From assembly GCA_964016885.1 (NCBI GenBank), contig OZ024742.1, positions 203,794,001 to 203,858,000 of the forward strand: DNA of 64,000 bases, in the 5' to 3' direction. Origin of the DNA: Eledone cirrhosa (lineage: Eukaryota). Position 1 is the stretch's first letter; each line of letters begins with the position of its first letter. Of this stretch, positions 43,101-61,100 are shown in pieces. The notes below the pieces were generated by a model, which did not search any database, was not told where the DNA came from, and saw only the letters and a list, made by a program, of their open reading frames with translations. Position numbers and translations under genes: made by a program.

Positions 43101-46100
43101 CCAACAACACCACCACCCTCAGCAACACCAACAACACCACCATCCTCAGCAACATCAACAACACCACCACCCTCAGCAACACCAACAACACCACCACCCT
43201 CAGCAACACCAACAACACCACCACCCTCAGCAACACCAACAACACCACCACCCCCAGCAACACCAACAACACCACCATCCTCAGCAACATCAACAACACC
43301 ACCACCCCCAGCAACACCAACAACACCACCACCCTCAGCAACACCAACACCACCACCACCCTCAGCAACACCAACTACACCACCATCCTCAGCAACATCA
43401 ACAACACCACCACCCTCAGCAACACCAACAACACCACCACCCTCAGCAACACCAACAACACCACCACCCTCAGCAACACCAACAACACCACCACCCTCAG
43501 CAACACCAACAACACCACCACCCTCAGCAACACCAACAACACCACCACAGTCAGCATCACCAACAACACCACCACCCCCAGCATCATCAACAACACCACC
43601 AACCTCAGCAACACCAACAACACCACCACCCCCAGCAATACCAACAACACCATCACCCCCAGCAACACCAACAACACCACCACCCCCAGCAACACCAACA
43701 ACACCACCAACCTCAACAACACCACCACCCCCAGCAACACCAACAACACCACCATCCTCAGCAACACCAACAACACCACCACCCCCAGCAACACCAACAA
43801 CACCACCACCCTCAGCAACACCAACAACACCACCATCCTCAGCAACACCAACAACACCACCACCCCCACAACACCAACAACACCACCATCCTCCGCAACA
43901 CCAACAACACCACCACCCTCAGCAACACCAACAACACCACCACCCTCAGCAACACCAACAACACCACCACCCCCAGCAACACCAACAACACCACCACCCT
44001 CAGCAACACCAACAACACCACCACCCTCAGCAACACCAACAACACCACCCTCGGCAACACCAACAACACCACCACCCCCAGCAACACCAACAACACCACC
44101 ACCCTCAGCAACACCAACAACACCACCACCCCCAGCAACACCAACAACACCACCATCCTCAGCAACACCAACAACACCACCACCCTCAGCAACACCAACA
44201 ACACCACCACCCTCAGCAACACCAACAACACCACCACCCCCAGCAACACCAACAACACCACCACCCCCAGCAACACCAACAACACCACCACCCCCAGCAA
44301 CACCAACAACACCACCACCCCCAGCAACACCAACAACACCACCACCCCCAGCAAAACCAACAACACCACCACCCTCAGCAACACCAACAACACCACCACC
44401 CCCAGCAACACCAACAACACCACCACCCTCAGCAACACCAACAACACCACCATCCTCAGCAACACCAACAACACCACCACCCTCAGCAACACCAACAACA
44501 CCACCACCCTCAGCAACACCAACAACACCACCACCCCCAGCAACACCAACAACACCACCACCCTCAGCAACACCAAGAACACCACCACCCTCAGCAACAC
44601 CAACAACACCACCATCCTCAGCAACACCAACAACACCACCACCCTCAGCAACACCAACAACACCACCACCCTCAGCAACACCAACAACACCACCACCCCC
44701 AGCAACACCAACAACACCACCACCCTCAGCAACACCAAGAACACCACCAGCCTCAGCAACACCAACAACACCACCACCCCCAGCAACATCAACAACACCA
44801 CCATCCTCAGCAACACCAACAACACCACCACCCTCAGCAACACCAACAACACCACCACCCTCAGCAACACCAACAACACCACCACCCTCAGCAACACCAA
44901 CAACACCACCATCCTCAGCAACACCAACAACACCACCACCCCCAGCAACACCAACAACACCACCACCCTCAGCAACACCAAGAACACCACCACCCTCAGC
45001 AACACCAACAACACCACCACCCTCAGCAACACCAACAACACCACCACCCTCAGCAACACCAAAACACCACCACCCCCAGCAACACCAACAACACCACCAC
45101 CCACAGCAACACCAACAACACCACCATCCCCAGCAACACCAACAACACCACCATCCTCAGCAACACCAACAACACCACCACCCCCAGCAACACCAACAAC
45201 ACCACCACCCTCAGCAACACCAACAACACCACCACCCCCAGCAACACCAACACCACCATCCCCAGCAACATCAACAACACCACCACCCTCAACAACACCA
45301 ACAACACCACCACCCTCAGCAACACCAACAACACCACCATCCTCAGCAACACCAACAACACCACCACCCTCAGCAACACCAACAACACCACCACCCTCAG
45401 CAACACCAAGAACACCACCACCCTCAGCAACACCAACAACACCACCACCCTCAGCAACACCAACAACACCACCACCCTCAGCAACACCAAAACACCACCA
45501 CCCCCAGCAACACCAACAACACCACCACCCACAGCAACACCAACAACACCACCATCCACAGCAACACCAACAACACCACCACCCTCAGCAACACCAACAA
45601 CACCACCATCCTCAGCAACACCAACAACACCACCACCCCCAGCAACACCAACAACACCACCACCCTCAGCAACACCAACAACACCACCACCCCCAGCAAC
45701 ACCAACAACACCACCATCCTCAGCAACATCAACAACACCACCACCCCCAGCAACACCAACAACACCACCACCCTCAGCAACACCAACACCACCACCACCC
45801 CCAGCAACACCAACAACACCACCACCCTCAGCAACACCAACAACACCACCACCCTCAGCAAGATCAACAACACCACCACCCTCAGCAACACCAACAACAC
45901 CACCATCCTCAGCAACACCAACAACACCACCACCCTCAGCAACACCAACAACACCACCACCCTCAGCAACACCAACAACACCACCACCCTCAGCAACATC
46001 AACAACACCACCCTCAGCAACACCAACAACACCACCACCCTCAGCAACACCAACAACACCACCACCCTCAGCAACACCAACAACACCACCACCCCCAGCA

Positions 46101-49100
46101 ACACCAACAACACCACCATCCTCAGCAACACCAACAACACCACCACCCTCAGCAACACCAACAACACCACCACCCTCAGCAACACCAACAACACCACCAC
46201 CCTCAGCAACACCAACAACACCACCATCCTCAGCAACACCAACAACACCACCACCCTCAGCAACACCAACAACACCACCACCCTCAGCAACACCAACAAC
46301 ACCACCACCCCCAGCAACACCAACAACACCACCATCCTCAGCAACACCAACAACACCACCACCCTCAGCAACACCAACAACACCACCACCCTCAGCAACA
46401 CCAACAACACCACCACCCTCAGCAACACCAACAACACCACCACCCTCAGCAACACCAACAACACCACCACCCTCAGCATCACCAACAACACCACCACCCC
46501 CAGCATCATCAACAACACCACCAACCTCAGCAACACCAACAACACCACCACCCCCAGCAATACCAACAACACCATCACCCCCAGCAACATCAACAACACC
46601 ACCACCCCCAGCAACACCAACAACACCACCAACCTCAACAACACCACCACCCCCAGCAACACCAACAACACCACCATCCTCAGCAACACCAACAACACCA
46701 CCACCCCCAGCAACACCAACAACACCACCACCCTCAGCAACACCAACAACACCACCATCCTCAGCAACACCAACAACACCACCACCCCCAGCAACACCAA
46801 CAACACCACTATCCTCCGCAACACCAACAACACCACCACCCTCAGCAACACCAACAACACCACCACCCTCAGCAACACCAACAACACCACCACCCCCAGC
46901 AACACCAACAACACCACCACCCTCAGCAACACCAACAACACCACCACCCTCAGCAACACCAACAACACCACCCTCGGCAACACCAACAACACCACCACCC
47001 CCAGCAACACCAACAACACCACCACCCTCAGCAACACCAACAACACCACCACCCCCAGCAACACCAACAACACCACCATCCTCAGCAACACCAACAACAC
47101 CACCACCCTCAGCAACACCAACAACACCACCACCCTCAGCAACACCAACAACACCACCACCCCCAGCAACACCAACAACACCACCACCCCCAGCAACACC
47201 AACAACACCACCACCCCCAGCAACACCAACAACACCACCACCCCCAGCAACACCAACAACACCACCACCCCCAGCAACACCAACAACACCACCACCCTCA
47301 GCAACACCAACAACACCACCACCCCCAGCAACACCAACAACACCACCACCCTCAGCAACACCAACAACACCACCATCCTCAGCAACACCAACAACACCAC
47401 CACCCTCAGCAACACCAACAACACCACCACCCTCAGCAACACCAACAACACCACCACCCACAGCAACACCAACAACACCACCATCCACAGCAACACCAAC
47501 AACACCACCACCCTCAGCAACACCAACAACACCACCATCCTCAGCAACACCAACAACACCACCACCCCCAGCAACACCAACAACACCACCACCCTCAGCA
47601 ACACCAACAACACCACCACCCCCAGCAACACCAACACCACCATCCCCAGCAACATCAACAACACCACCACCCTCAACAACACCAACAACACCACCACCCT
47701 CAGCAACACCAACAACACCACCATCCTCAGCAACACCAACAACACCACCACCCTCAGCAACACCAACAACACCACCACCCTCAGCAACACCAAGAACACC
47801 ACCACCCTCAGCAACACCAACAACACCACCACCCTCAGCAACACCAAAACACCACCACCCCCAGCAACACCAACAACACCACCACCCACAGCAACACCAA
47901 CAACACCACCATCCACAGCAACACCAACAACACCACCACCCTCAGCAACACCAACAACACCACCATCCTCAGCAACACCAACAACACCACCACCCCCAGC
48001 AACACCAACAACACCACCACCCTCAGCAACACCAACAACACCACCACCCCCAGCAACACCAACAACACCACCATCCTCAGCAACATCAACAACACCACCA
48101 CCCCCAGCAACACCAACAACACCACCACCCTCAGCAACACCAACACCACCACCACCCCCAGCAACACCAACAACACCACCACCCTCAGCAACACCAACAA
48201 CACCACCACCCTCAGCAAGATCAACAACACCACCACTCTCAGCAACACCAACAACACCACCATCCTCAGCAACACCAACAACACCACCACCCTCAGCAAC
48301 ACCAACAACACCACCACCCTCAGCAACACCAACAACACCACCACCCTCAGCAACATCAACAACACCACCCTCAGCAACACCAACAACACCACCACCCTCA
48401 GCAACACCAACAACACCACCACCCTCAGCAACACCAACAACACCACCACCCCCAGCAACACCAACAACACCACCATCCTCAGCAACACCAACAACACCAC
48501 CACCCTCAGCAACACCAACAACACCACCACCCTCAGCAACACCAACAACACCACCACCCTCAGCAACACCAACAACACCACCATCCTCAGCAACACCAAC
48601 AACACCACCACCCTCAGCAACACCAACAACACCACCACCCTCAGCAACACCAACAACACCACCACCCTCAGCAACACCAACAACACCACCACCCCCAGCA
48701 ACACCAACAACACCACCATCCTCAGCAACACCAACAACACCACCACCCTCAGCAACACCAACAATACCACCACCCTCAGCAACACCAACAACACCACCAC
48801 CCCCAGCAACACTAACAACACCAACATCCTCAGCAACACCAACAACACCACCACCCCCAGCAACACCAACAACACCCCCACCCTCAGCAACACCAACAAC
48901 ACCACCATCCTCAGCAACACCAACAACACCACCACCCTCAGCAACACCAACAACACCACCACCCCCAGCAACACCAACAACACCACCACCCTCAGCAACA
49001 CCAACAACAACACCACCCTCAGCAACACCAACAACACCACCACCCCCAGCAACACCAACAACACCACCACCCCCAGCAACACCAACAACACCACCATCCT

Positions 49101-52100
49101 CAGCAACACCAACAACACCACCACCTCAGCAACACCAACAACACCACCACCCTCAGCAACACCAACACCACCACCCCCAGCAACACCAACAACACCACCA
49201 CCCTCAGCAACACCAACAACACCACCACCCTCAGCAACACCAACAACACCACCACCCCCAGCAACACCAACAACACCACCACCCTCAGCAACACCAACAA
49301 CACCACCATCCTCAGCAACACCAACAACACCACCATCCTCAGCAACACCAACAACACCACCACCCTCAGCAACACCAACAACACCACCATCCTCAGCAAC
49401 ACCAACAACACCACCATCCTCAGCAACACCAACCACACCACCATCCTCAGCAACACCAACAACACCACCACCCTCAGCAACACCAACAACACCACCACCC
49501 TCAGCAACACCAACAACACCACCACCCCCAGCAACACCAACAACACCACCACCCCCAGCAACATAAACAACACCACCACCCTCAGCAACACCAACAACAC
49601 CACCACCCTCAGCAACATCAACAACACCACCACCCTCAGCAACACCAACAACACCACCACCCCCAGCAACATCAACAACACCACCACCCTCAGCAACACC
49701 AACAACACCACCACCCCCAGCAACATCAACAACACCACCACCCTCAGCAACACCAACAACACCACCACCCCCAGCAACACCAACAACACCACCACCCTCA
49801 GCAACACCAACAACACCACCACCCCCAGCAACATCAACAACACCACCACCCTCAGCAACACCAACAACACCACCACCCCCAGCAACACCAACAACACCAC
49901 CACCCTCAGCAACACCAACAACACCACCACCCTCAGCAACACCAACAACACCACCACCCCCAGCAACACCAACAACACCACCACCCTCAGCAACACCAAC
50001 AACACCACCACCCTCAGCAACACCAACAACACCACCATCCTCAGCAACACCAACAACACCACCACCCTCAGCAACACCAACTACACCACCACCCTCAGCA
50101 ACACCAACAACACCACCACCCTCAGCAACACCAACAACACCACCACCCCCAGCAACACCAACAACACCACCATCCTCAGCAACATCAACAACACCACCAC
50201 CCCCAGCAACACCAACAACACCACCACCCTCAGCAACACCAACACCACCACCACCTCCAGCAACACCAACAACACCACCATCCTCAGCAACACCAACAAC
50301 ACCACCACCCCCAGCAACACCAACAACACCACCATCCTCAGCAACATCAACAACACCACCACCCTCAGCAACACCAACAACACCACCACCCTCAGCAACA
50401 CCAACAACACCACCACCCTCAGCAACACCAACAACACCACCACCCTCAGCAACACCAACAACACCACCATCCTCAGCAACACCAACACCACCACCACCCT
50501 CAGCAACACCAACTACACCACCACCCTCAGCAACACCAACAACACCACCACCCTCAGCAACACCAACAACACCACCACCCCCAGCAACACCAACAACACC
50601 ACCATCCTCAGCAACATCAACAACACCACCACCCCCAGCAACACCAACAACACCACCATCCTCAGCAACATCAACAACACCACCACCCTCAGCAACACCA
50701 ACAACACCACCATCCTCAGCAACACCAACACCACCACCACCCTCAGCAACACCAACTACACCACCACCCTCAGCAACACCAACAACACCACCACCCTCAG
50801 CAACACCAACAACACCACCACCACCAGCAACACCAACAACACCACCATCCTCAGCAACATCAACAACACCACCACCCTCAGCAACACCAACAACACCACC
50901 ACCCTCAGCAACACCAACAACACCACCACCCTCAGCAACACCAACAACACCACCACCCTCAGCAACACCAACAACACCACCATCCCCAGCAACACCAACA
51001 ACACCACCACCCTCAGCAACACCAGCAACACCACCACCCTCAGCAACACCAACAACACCACCACCCACAGCAACACCAACAACACCACCATCCTCAGCTA
51101 CAGCAACAACACCACCATCCTCAGCAACACCAACAACACCACCATCCTCAGCAACACCAACAACACCACCACCCTCAGCAACACCAACAACACCACCATC
51201 CTCAGCAACACCAACAACACCACCACCCTCAGCAACACCAACAACACCACCACCCTCAGCAACACCAACAACACCACCATCCTCAGCAACATCAACAACA
51301 CCACCACCCTCAGCAACACCAACAACACCACCATCCTCAGCAACATCAACAACACCACCACCCTCAGCAACACCAACAACACCACCACCCTCAGCAACAC
51401 CAACAACACCACCACCCTCAGCAACACCAACAACACCACCACCCCCAGCAACACCAACAACACCACCACCCTCAGCAACACCAACAACACCACCACCCCC
51501 AGCAACACAAACAACACCACCACCCCCAGCAACACCAACAACACCACCACCCCCAGCAACACCAACAACACCACCACCCTCAGCAACACCAACAACACCA
51601 CCACCCTCAGCAACACCAACAACACCACCATCCTCAGCAACACCAACAACACCACCACCCTCAGCAACACCAACAACACCACCATCCTCAGCAACATCAA
51701 CAACACCACCACCCCCAGCAACACAAACAACACCACCACCCTCAGCAACACCAACAACACCACCACCCACAGCAACACCAACAACACCACCATCCTCAGC
51801 AACATCAACAACACCACCACCCTCAGCAACACCAACAACACCACCACCCTCAGCAACACCAACAACACCACCACCCTCAGCAACACCAACAACACCACCA
51901 CCCCCAGCAACACCAACAACACCACCATCCTCAGCAACATCAACCACACCACCACCCCCAGCAACACCAACAACACCACCACCCTCAGCAACACCAACAA
52001 CACCACCACCCTCAGCAACACCAACAACACCACCACCCTCAGCAACACCAACAACACCACCATCCTCAGCAACACCAACAACACCACCACCCTCAGCAAC

Positions 52101-55100
52101 ACCAACAACACCACCACCCTCAGCAACATCAACTACACCACCATCCTCAGCAACATCAACAACACCACCACCCTCAGCAACACCAACAACACCACCACCC
52201 TCAGCAACACCAACAACACCACCACCCTCAGCAACACCAACAACACCACCACCCTCAGCAACACCAACAACACCACCACCCTCAGCAACACCAACAACAC
52301 CACCACCCTCAGCAACACCAACAACACCACCACCCTCAGCATCACCAACAACACCACCACCCCCAGCATCATCAACAACACCACCAACCTCAGCAACACC
52401 AACAACACCACCACCCCCAGCAATACCAACAACACCATCACCCCCAGCAACACCAACAACACCACCACCCCCAGCAACACCAACAACACCACCAACCTCA
52501 ACAACACCACCACCCCCAGCAACACCAACAACACCACCATCCTCAGCAACACCAACAACACCACCACCCCCAGCAACACCAACAACACCACCACCCTCAG
52601 CAACACCAACAACACCACCATCCTCAGCAACACCAACAACACCACCACCCCCAGCAACACCAACAACACCACCATCCTCCGCAACACCAACAACACCACC
52701 ACCCTCAGCAACACCAACAACACCACCACCCCCAGCAACACCAACAACACCACCACCCTCAGCAACACCAACAACACCACCACCCTCAGCAACACAAACA
52801 ACACCACCCTCGGCAACACCAACAACACCACCACCCCCAGCAACACCAACAACACCACCACCCTCAGCAACACCAACAACACCACCACCCCCAGCAACAC
52901 CAACAACACCACCATCCTCAGCAACACCAACAACACCACCACCCTCAGCAACACCAACAACACCACCACCCTCAGCAACACCAACAACACCACCACCCCC
53001 AGCAACACCAACAACACCACCACCCCCAGCAACACCAACAACACCACCACCCCCAGCAACACCAACAACACCACCACCCCCAGCAACACCAACAACACCA
53101 CCACCCCCAGCAACACCAACAACACCACCACCCTCAGCAACACCAACAACACCACCACCCCCAGCAACACCAACAACACCACCACCCTCAGCAACACCAA
53201 CAACACCACCATCCTCAGCAACACCAACAACACCACCACCCTCAGCAACACCAACAACACCACCACCCTCAGCAACACCAACAACACCACCACCCTCAGC
53301 AACACCAACAACACCACCATCCTCAGCAACACCAACAACACCACCACCCCCAGCAACACCAACAACACCACCACCCTCAGCAACACCAAGAACACCACCA
53401 CCCTCAGCAACACCAACAACACCACCACCCTCAGCAACACCAACAACACCACCACCCTCAGCAACACCAAAACACCACCACCCCCAGCAACACCAACAAC
53501 ACCACCACCCACAGCAACACCAACAACACCACCATCCACAGCAACACCAACAACACCACCACCCTCAGCAACACCAACAACACCACCATCCTCAGCAACA
53601 CCAACAACACCACCACCCCCAGCAACACCAACAACACCACCACCCTCAGCAACACCAACAACACCACCACCCCCAGCAACACCAACAACACCACCACCCT
53701 CAGCAACACCAACAACACCACCACCCTCAGCAAGATCAACAACACCACCACCCTCAGCAACACCAACAACACCACCATCCTCAGCAACACCAACAACACC
53801 ACCACCCTCAGCAACACCAACAACACCACCACCCTCAGCAACACCAACAACACCACCACCCTCAGCAACACCAACAACACCACCATCCTCAGCAACACCA
53901 ACAACACCACCACCCTCAGCAACACCAACAACACCACCACCCCCAGCAACACCAACAACACCACCACCCTCAGCAACACCAACAACACCACCACCCCCAG
54001 CAACACCAACAACACCACCACCCTCAGCAACACCAACAACACCACCACCCCCAGCAACACCAACAACACCACCACCCTCAGCAACACCAACAACACCACC
54101 ACCCCCAGCAACACAAACAACACCACCACCCCCAGCAACACCAACAACACCACCACCCCCAGCAACACCAACAACACCACCACCCTCAGCAACACCAACA
54201 ACACCACCACCCTCAGCAACACCAACAACACCACCATCCTCAGCAACACCAACAACACCACCACCCTCAGCAACACCAACAACACCACCATCCTCAGCAA
54301 CATCAACAACACCACCACCCCCAGCAACACAAACAACACCACCACCCTCAGCAACACCAACAACACCACCACCCTCAGCAACACCAACAACACCACCACC
54401 CTCAGCAACACCAACAACACCACCACCCCCAGCAACACCAACAACACCACCATCCTCAGCAACATCAACAACACCACCACCCTCAGCAACACCAACAACA
54501 CCACCACCCTCAGCAACACCAACAACACCACCACCCTCAGCAACACCAACAACACCACCACCCCCAGCAACACCAACAACACCACCATCCTCAGCAACAT
54601 CAACAACACCACCACCCCCAGCAACACCAACAACACCACCACCCTCAGCAACACCAACAACACCACCACCCTCAGCAACACCAACAACACCACCACCCTC
54701 AGCAACACCAACAACACCACCATCCTCAGCAACACCAACAACACCACCACCCTCAGCAACACCAACAACACCACCACCCTCAGCAACATCAACTACACCA
54801 CCATCCTCAGCAACATCAACAACACCACCACCCTCAGCAACACCAACAACACCACCACCCTCAGCAACACCAACAACACCACCACCCTCAGCAACACCAA
54901 CAACACCACCACCCTCAGCAACACCAACAACACCACCACCCTCAGCAACACCAACAACACCACCACCCTCAGCAACACCAACAACACCACCACCCTCAGC
55001 ATCACCAACAACACCACCACCCCCAGCATCTTCAACAACACCACCAACCTCAGCAACACCAACAACACCACCACCCCCAGCAATACCAACAACACCATCA

Positions 55101-58100
55101 CCCCCAGCAACACCAACAACACCACCACCCCCAGCAACACCAACAACACCACCAACCTCAACAACACCACCACCCCCAGCAACACCAACAACACCACCAT
55201 CCTCAGCAACACCAACAACACCACCACCCCCAGCAACACCAACAACACCACCACCCCCAGCAACACCAACAACACCACCACCCTCAGCAACACCAACAAC
55301 ACCACCACCCTCAGCAACACAAACAACACCACCCTCGGCAACACCAACAACACCACCACCCCCAGCAACACCAACAACACCACCACCCTCAGCAACACCA
55401 ACAACACCACCACCCCCAGCAACACCAACAACACCACCATCCTCAGCAACACCAACAACACCACCACCCTCAGCAACACCAACAACACCACCACCCTCAG
55501 CAACACCAACAACACCACCACCCCCAGCAACACCAACAACACCACCACCCCCAGCAACACCAACAACACCACCACCCCCAGCAACACCAACAACACCACC
55601 ACCCCCAGCAACACCAACAACACCACCACCCTCAGCAACACCAACAACACCACCACCCCCAGCAACACCAACAACACCACCACCCTCAGCAACACCAACA
55701 ACACCACCATCCTCAGCAACACCAACAACACCACCACCCTCAGCAACACCAACAACACCACCACCCTCAGCAACACCAACAACACCACCACCCTCAGCAA
55801 CACCAACAACACCACCATCCTCAGCAACACCAACAACACCACCACCCCCAGCAACACCAACAACACCACCACCCTCAGCAACACCAAGAACACCACCACC
55901 CTCAGCAACACCAACAACACCACCACCCTCAGCAACACCAACAACACCACCACCCTCAGCAACACCAAAACACCACCACCCCCAGCAACACCAACAACAC
56001 CACCACCCACAGCAACACCAACAACACCACCATCAACAGCAACACCAACAACACCACCACCCTCAGCAACACCAACAACACCACCATCATCAGCAACACC
56101 AACAACACCACCACCCCCAGCAACACCAACAACACCACCACGCTCAGCAACACCAACAACACCACCACCCTCAGCAACACCAACAACACCACCACCCTCA
56201 GCAACACCAACAACACCACCACCCCCAGCAACACCAACAACACCACCATCCTCAGCAACACCAACAACACCACCACCCTCAGCAACACCAACAACACCAC
56301 CACCCTCAGCAACACCAACAACACCACCACCCTCAGCAACACCAACAACACCACCATCCTCAGCAACACCAACAACACCACCACCCTCAGCAACACCAAC
56401 AACACCACCACCCTCAGCAACACCAACAACACCACCACCCTCAGCAACACCAACAACACCACCACCCCCAGCAACACCAACAACACCACCATCCTCAGCA
56501 ACACCAACAACACCACCACCCTCAGCAACACCAACAACACCACCACCCTCAGCAACACCAACAACACCACCACCCCCAGCAACACCAACAACACCACCAT
56601 CCTCAGCAACACCAACAACACCACCACCCCCAGCAACACCAACAACACCCCCACCCTCAGCAACACCAACAACACCACCATCCTCAGCAACACCAACAAC
56701 ACCACCACCCTCAGCAACACCAACAACACCACCACCCCCAGCAACACCAACAACACCACCACCCTCAGCAACACCAACAACACCACCACCCTCAGCAACA
56801 CCAACAACACCACCACCCCCAGCAACACCAACAACACCACCACCCCCAGCAACACCAACAACACCACCATCCTCAGCAACACCAACAACACCACCACCTC
56901 AGCAACACCAACAACACCACCACCCTCAGCAACACCAACACCACCACCCCCAGCAACACCAACAACACCACCACCCTCAGCAACACCAACAACACCACCA
57001 CCCTCAGCAACACCAACAACACCACCACCCCCAGCAACACCAACAACACCACCATCCTCAGCAACACCAACAACACCACCACCCTCAGCAACACCAACAA
57101 CACCACCACCCTCAGCAACACCAACAACACCACCACCCCCAGCAACACCAACAACACCACCACCCCCAGCAACACCAACAACACCACCACCCCCAGCAAC
57201 ACCAACAACACCACCACCCCCAGCAACACCAACAACACCACCACCCCCAGCAACACCAACAACACCACCACCCTCAGCAACACCAACAACACCACCACCC
57301 CCAGCAACACCAACAACACCACCACCCTCAGCAACACCAACAACACCACCATCCTCAGCAACACCAACAACACCACCACCCTCAGCAACACCAACAACAC
57401 CACCACCCTCAGCAACACCAACAACACCACCACCCTCAGCAACACCAACAACACCACCATCCTCAGCAACACCAACAACACCACCACCCTCAGCAACACC
57501 AACAACACCACCACCCTCAGCAACACCAACAACACCACCATCCTCAGCAACACCAACAACACCACCACCCTCAGCAACACCTACAACACCACCACCCTCA
57601 GCAACACCAACAACACCACCACCCTCAGCAACACCAACAACACCACCACCCCCAGCAACACCAACAACACCACCATCCTCAGCAACATCAACAACACCAC
57701 CACCCTCAGCAACACCAACAACACCACCACCCTCAGCAACACCAACAACACCACCACCCTCAGCAACACCAACAACACCACCACCCTCAGCAACACCAAC
57801 AACACCACCACCCTCAGCAACACCAACAACACCACCACCCCCAGCAACACCAACAACACCACCATCCCCAGCAACACCAACAACACCACCATCCTCAGCA
57901 ACATCAACAACACCACCACCCTCAGCAACACCAACAACACCACCACCCTCAGCAACACCAACAACACCACCACCCTCAGCAACACCAACAACACCACCAC
58001 CCTCAGCAACACCAACAACACCACCACCCTCAGCAACACCAACAACACCACCATCCTCAGCAACATCAACAACACCACCACCCTCAGCAACACCAACAAC

Positions 58101-61100
58101 ACCACCACCCTCAGCAACACCAACAACACCACCACCCTCAGCAACACCAACAACACCACCATCCTCAGCAACATCAACAACACCACCACCCTCAGCAACA
58201 CCAACAACACCACCACCCTCAGCAACACCAACAACACCACCATCCTCAGCAACATCAACAACACCACCACCCTCAGCAACACCAACAACACCACCACCCT
58301 CAGCAACACCAACAACACCACCACCCTCAGCAACACCAACAACACCACCATCCTCAGCAACATCAACAACACCACCACCCTCAGCAACACCAACAACACC
58401 ACCACCCTCAGCAACACCAACAACACCACCACCCCCAGCAACACCAACAACACCACCATCCTCAGCAACACCAACAACACCACCATCCTCAGCAACACCA
58501 ACAACACCACCATCCTCAGCAACATCAACAACACCACCACCCTCAGCAACACCAACAACACCACCACCCTCAGCAACACCAACAACACCACCACCCTCAG
58601 CAACACCAACAACACCACCACCCTCAGCAACACCAACAACACCACCATCCTCAGCAACACCAACACCACCACCACCCTCAGCAACACCAAGTACACCACC
58701 ACCCTCAGCAACACCAACAACACCACCACCCTCAGCAACACCAACAACACCACCACCCCCAGCAACACCAACAACACCACCATCCTCAGCAACATCAACA
58801 ACACCACCACCCCCAGCAACACCAACAACACCACCATCCTCAGCAACACCAACACCACCACCACCCTCAGCAACACCAACTACACCACCACCCTCAGCAA
58901 CACCAACAACACCACCACCCTCAGCAACACCAACAACACCACCACCCCCAGCAACACCAACAACACCACCATCCTCAGCAACATCAACAACACCACCTCC
59001 CCCAGCAACACCAACAACACCACCACCCTCAGCAACACCAACACCACCACCACCCTCAGCAACACCAACTACACCACCACCCTCAGCAACACCAACAACA
59101 CCACCACCCTCAGCAACACCAACAACACCACCACCCTCAGCAACACCAACAACACCACCACCCTCAGCAACACCAACAACACCACCACCCCCAGCAACAC
59201 CAACAACACCACCATCCTCAGCAACATCAACAACACCACCACCCCCAGCAACAGCAACAACACCACCACCCTCAGCAACACCAACACCACCACCACCCTC
59301 AGCAACACCAACTACACCACCACCCTCAGCAACACCAACAACACCACCACCCTCAGCAACACCAACAACACCACCACCCTCAGCAACACCAACAACACCA
59401 CCACCCTCAGCAACACCAACAACACCACCACCCCCAGCAACACCAACAACACCACCATCCTCAGCAACACCAACAACACCACCACCCTCAGCAACACCAA
59501 CAACACCACCATCCTCAGCAACACCAACAACACCACCACCCTCAGCAACACCACCACCACCACCATCCTCAGCAACACCAACAACACCACCACCCTCAGC
59601 AACACCAACAACACTACCATCCTCAGCAACACCAACAACACCACCACCCCCAGCATCACCAACAACACCACCACACTCGGCAACATCAACAACACCACCA
59701 CCCCCAGCAACACCAACAACACCACCACCCTCAGCAACACCAACAACACCACCACCCTCGGCAACACCAACAACACCACCACCCCCAGCAACACCAACAA
59801 CACCACCACCCTCAGCAACACCAACAACACCACCACCCTCAGCAACACCAACAACACCACCACCCCCAGCAACACCAACAACACCACCACCTCCAGCAAC
59901 ATCAACAACACCACCACCCTCAACAACACCAACAACACCACCACCCCAGCAACACCAACAACACCACCACCCTCAGCAACACCAACAACACCACCACCTC
60001 CAGCAACATCAACAACACCACCACCCTCAGCAACACCAACAACACCACCACCCCAGCAACACCAACAACACCACCACCCTCAGCAACACCAACAACACCA
60101 CCACCTCCAGCAACATCAACAACACCACCACCCTCGGCAACACCAACAACACCACCACCCCCAGCAACACCAACAACACCACCACCCTCAGCAACACCAA
60201 CAACACCACCACCCTCAGCAACACCAACAACACCACCATCCTCAGCAACACCAACAACACTACCACCCTCAGCAACGCCAACAACACCACCACCCCCAGC
60301 AACTCCAACAACACCACCGCCCCCAGCAACACCAACAACACTACCACCCCAAGCAACATCAACAACACCCCCACACTCAGCAACACCAACAACACCACCA
60401 CCCTCAGCAACACCAACAACACCACCATCCTCAGCAACACCAACAACACCACCATCCTCAGCAACACCAACAACACCACCACCCCCAGCAACACCAACAA
60501 CACCACCACCCTCAGCAACACCAACAACACCACCACCCTCAGCAACACCAACAACACCACCATCCACAGCAACACCAACAACACCATCATCCCCAGCAAC
60601 ACCAACAACACCACCATCCCCAGCAACACCAACAACACCACCACCCCCAGCAACACCAACAACACCACCACCCTCAGCAACACCTACAACACCACCACCC
60701 TCAGCAACACCAACAACACCACCAACCTCAGCAACACCAACAACACCACCACCCCCAGCAACACCAACAACACCACCACCCCCAGCAACACCAACAACAC
60801 CACCACCCTCAGCAACACCAACAACACCACCACCCTCAGCAACACCAACAACACCACTACCCTCAGCAACATCAACAACACCACCACCCTCAGCTACACC
60901 AACAACACCACTACCCTCAGCAACACCAACTACACCACCACCCTCAGCAACACCAACAACACCACCACCCTCAGCAACACCAACAACACCACCACCCCCA
61001 GCATCACCAACAACACGACCACCCTCAGCATCACCAACAACACCACCACCCTCAGCAACATCAACAACACCACCATCCACAGCAACACCAACAACACCAC

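Noticed and set aside
40152-48815. 2887-aa ORF as a real protein
   Set aside because: It drifts through three unrelated repeat frames at 1-bp deletions, and the plus strand is almost unable to form stop codons, so its length is uninformative
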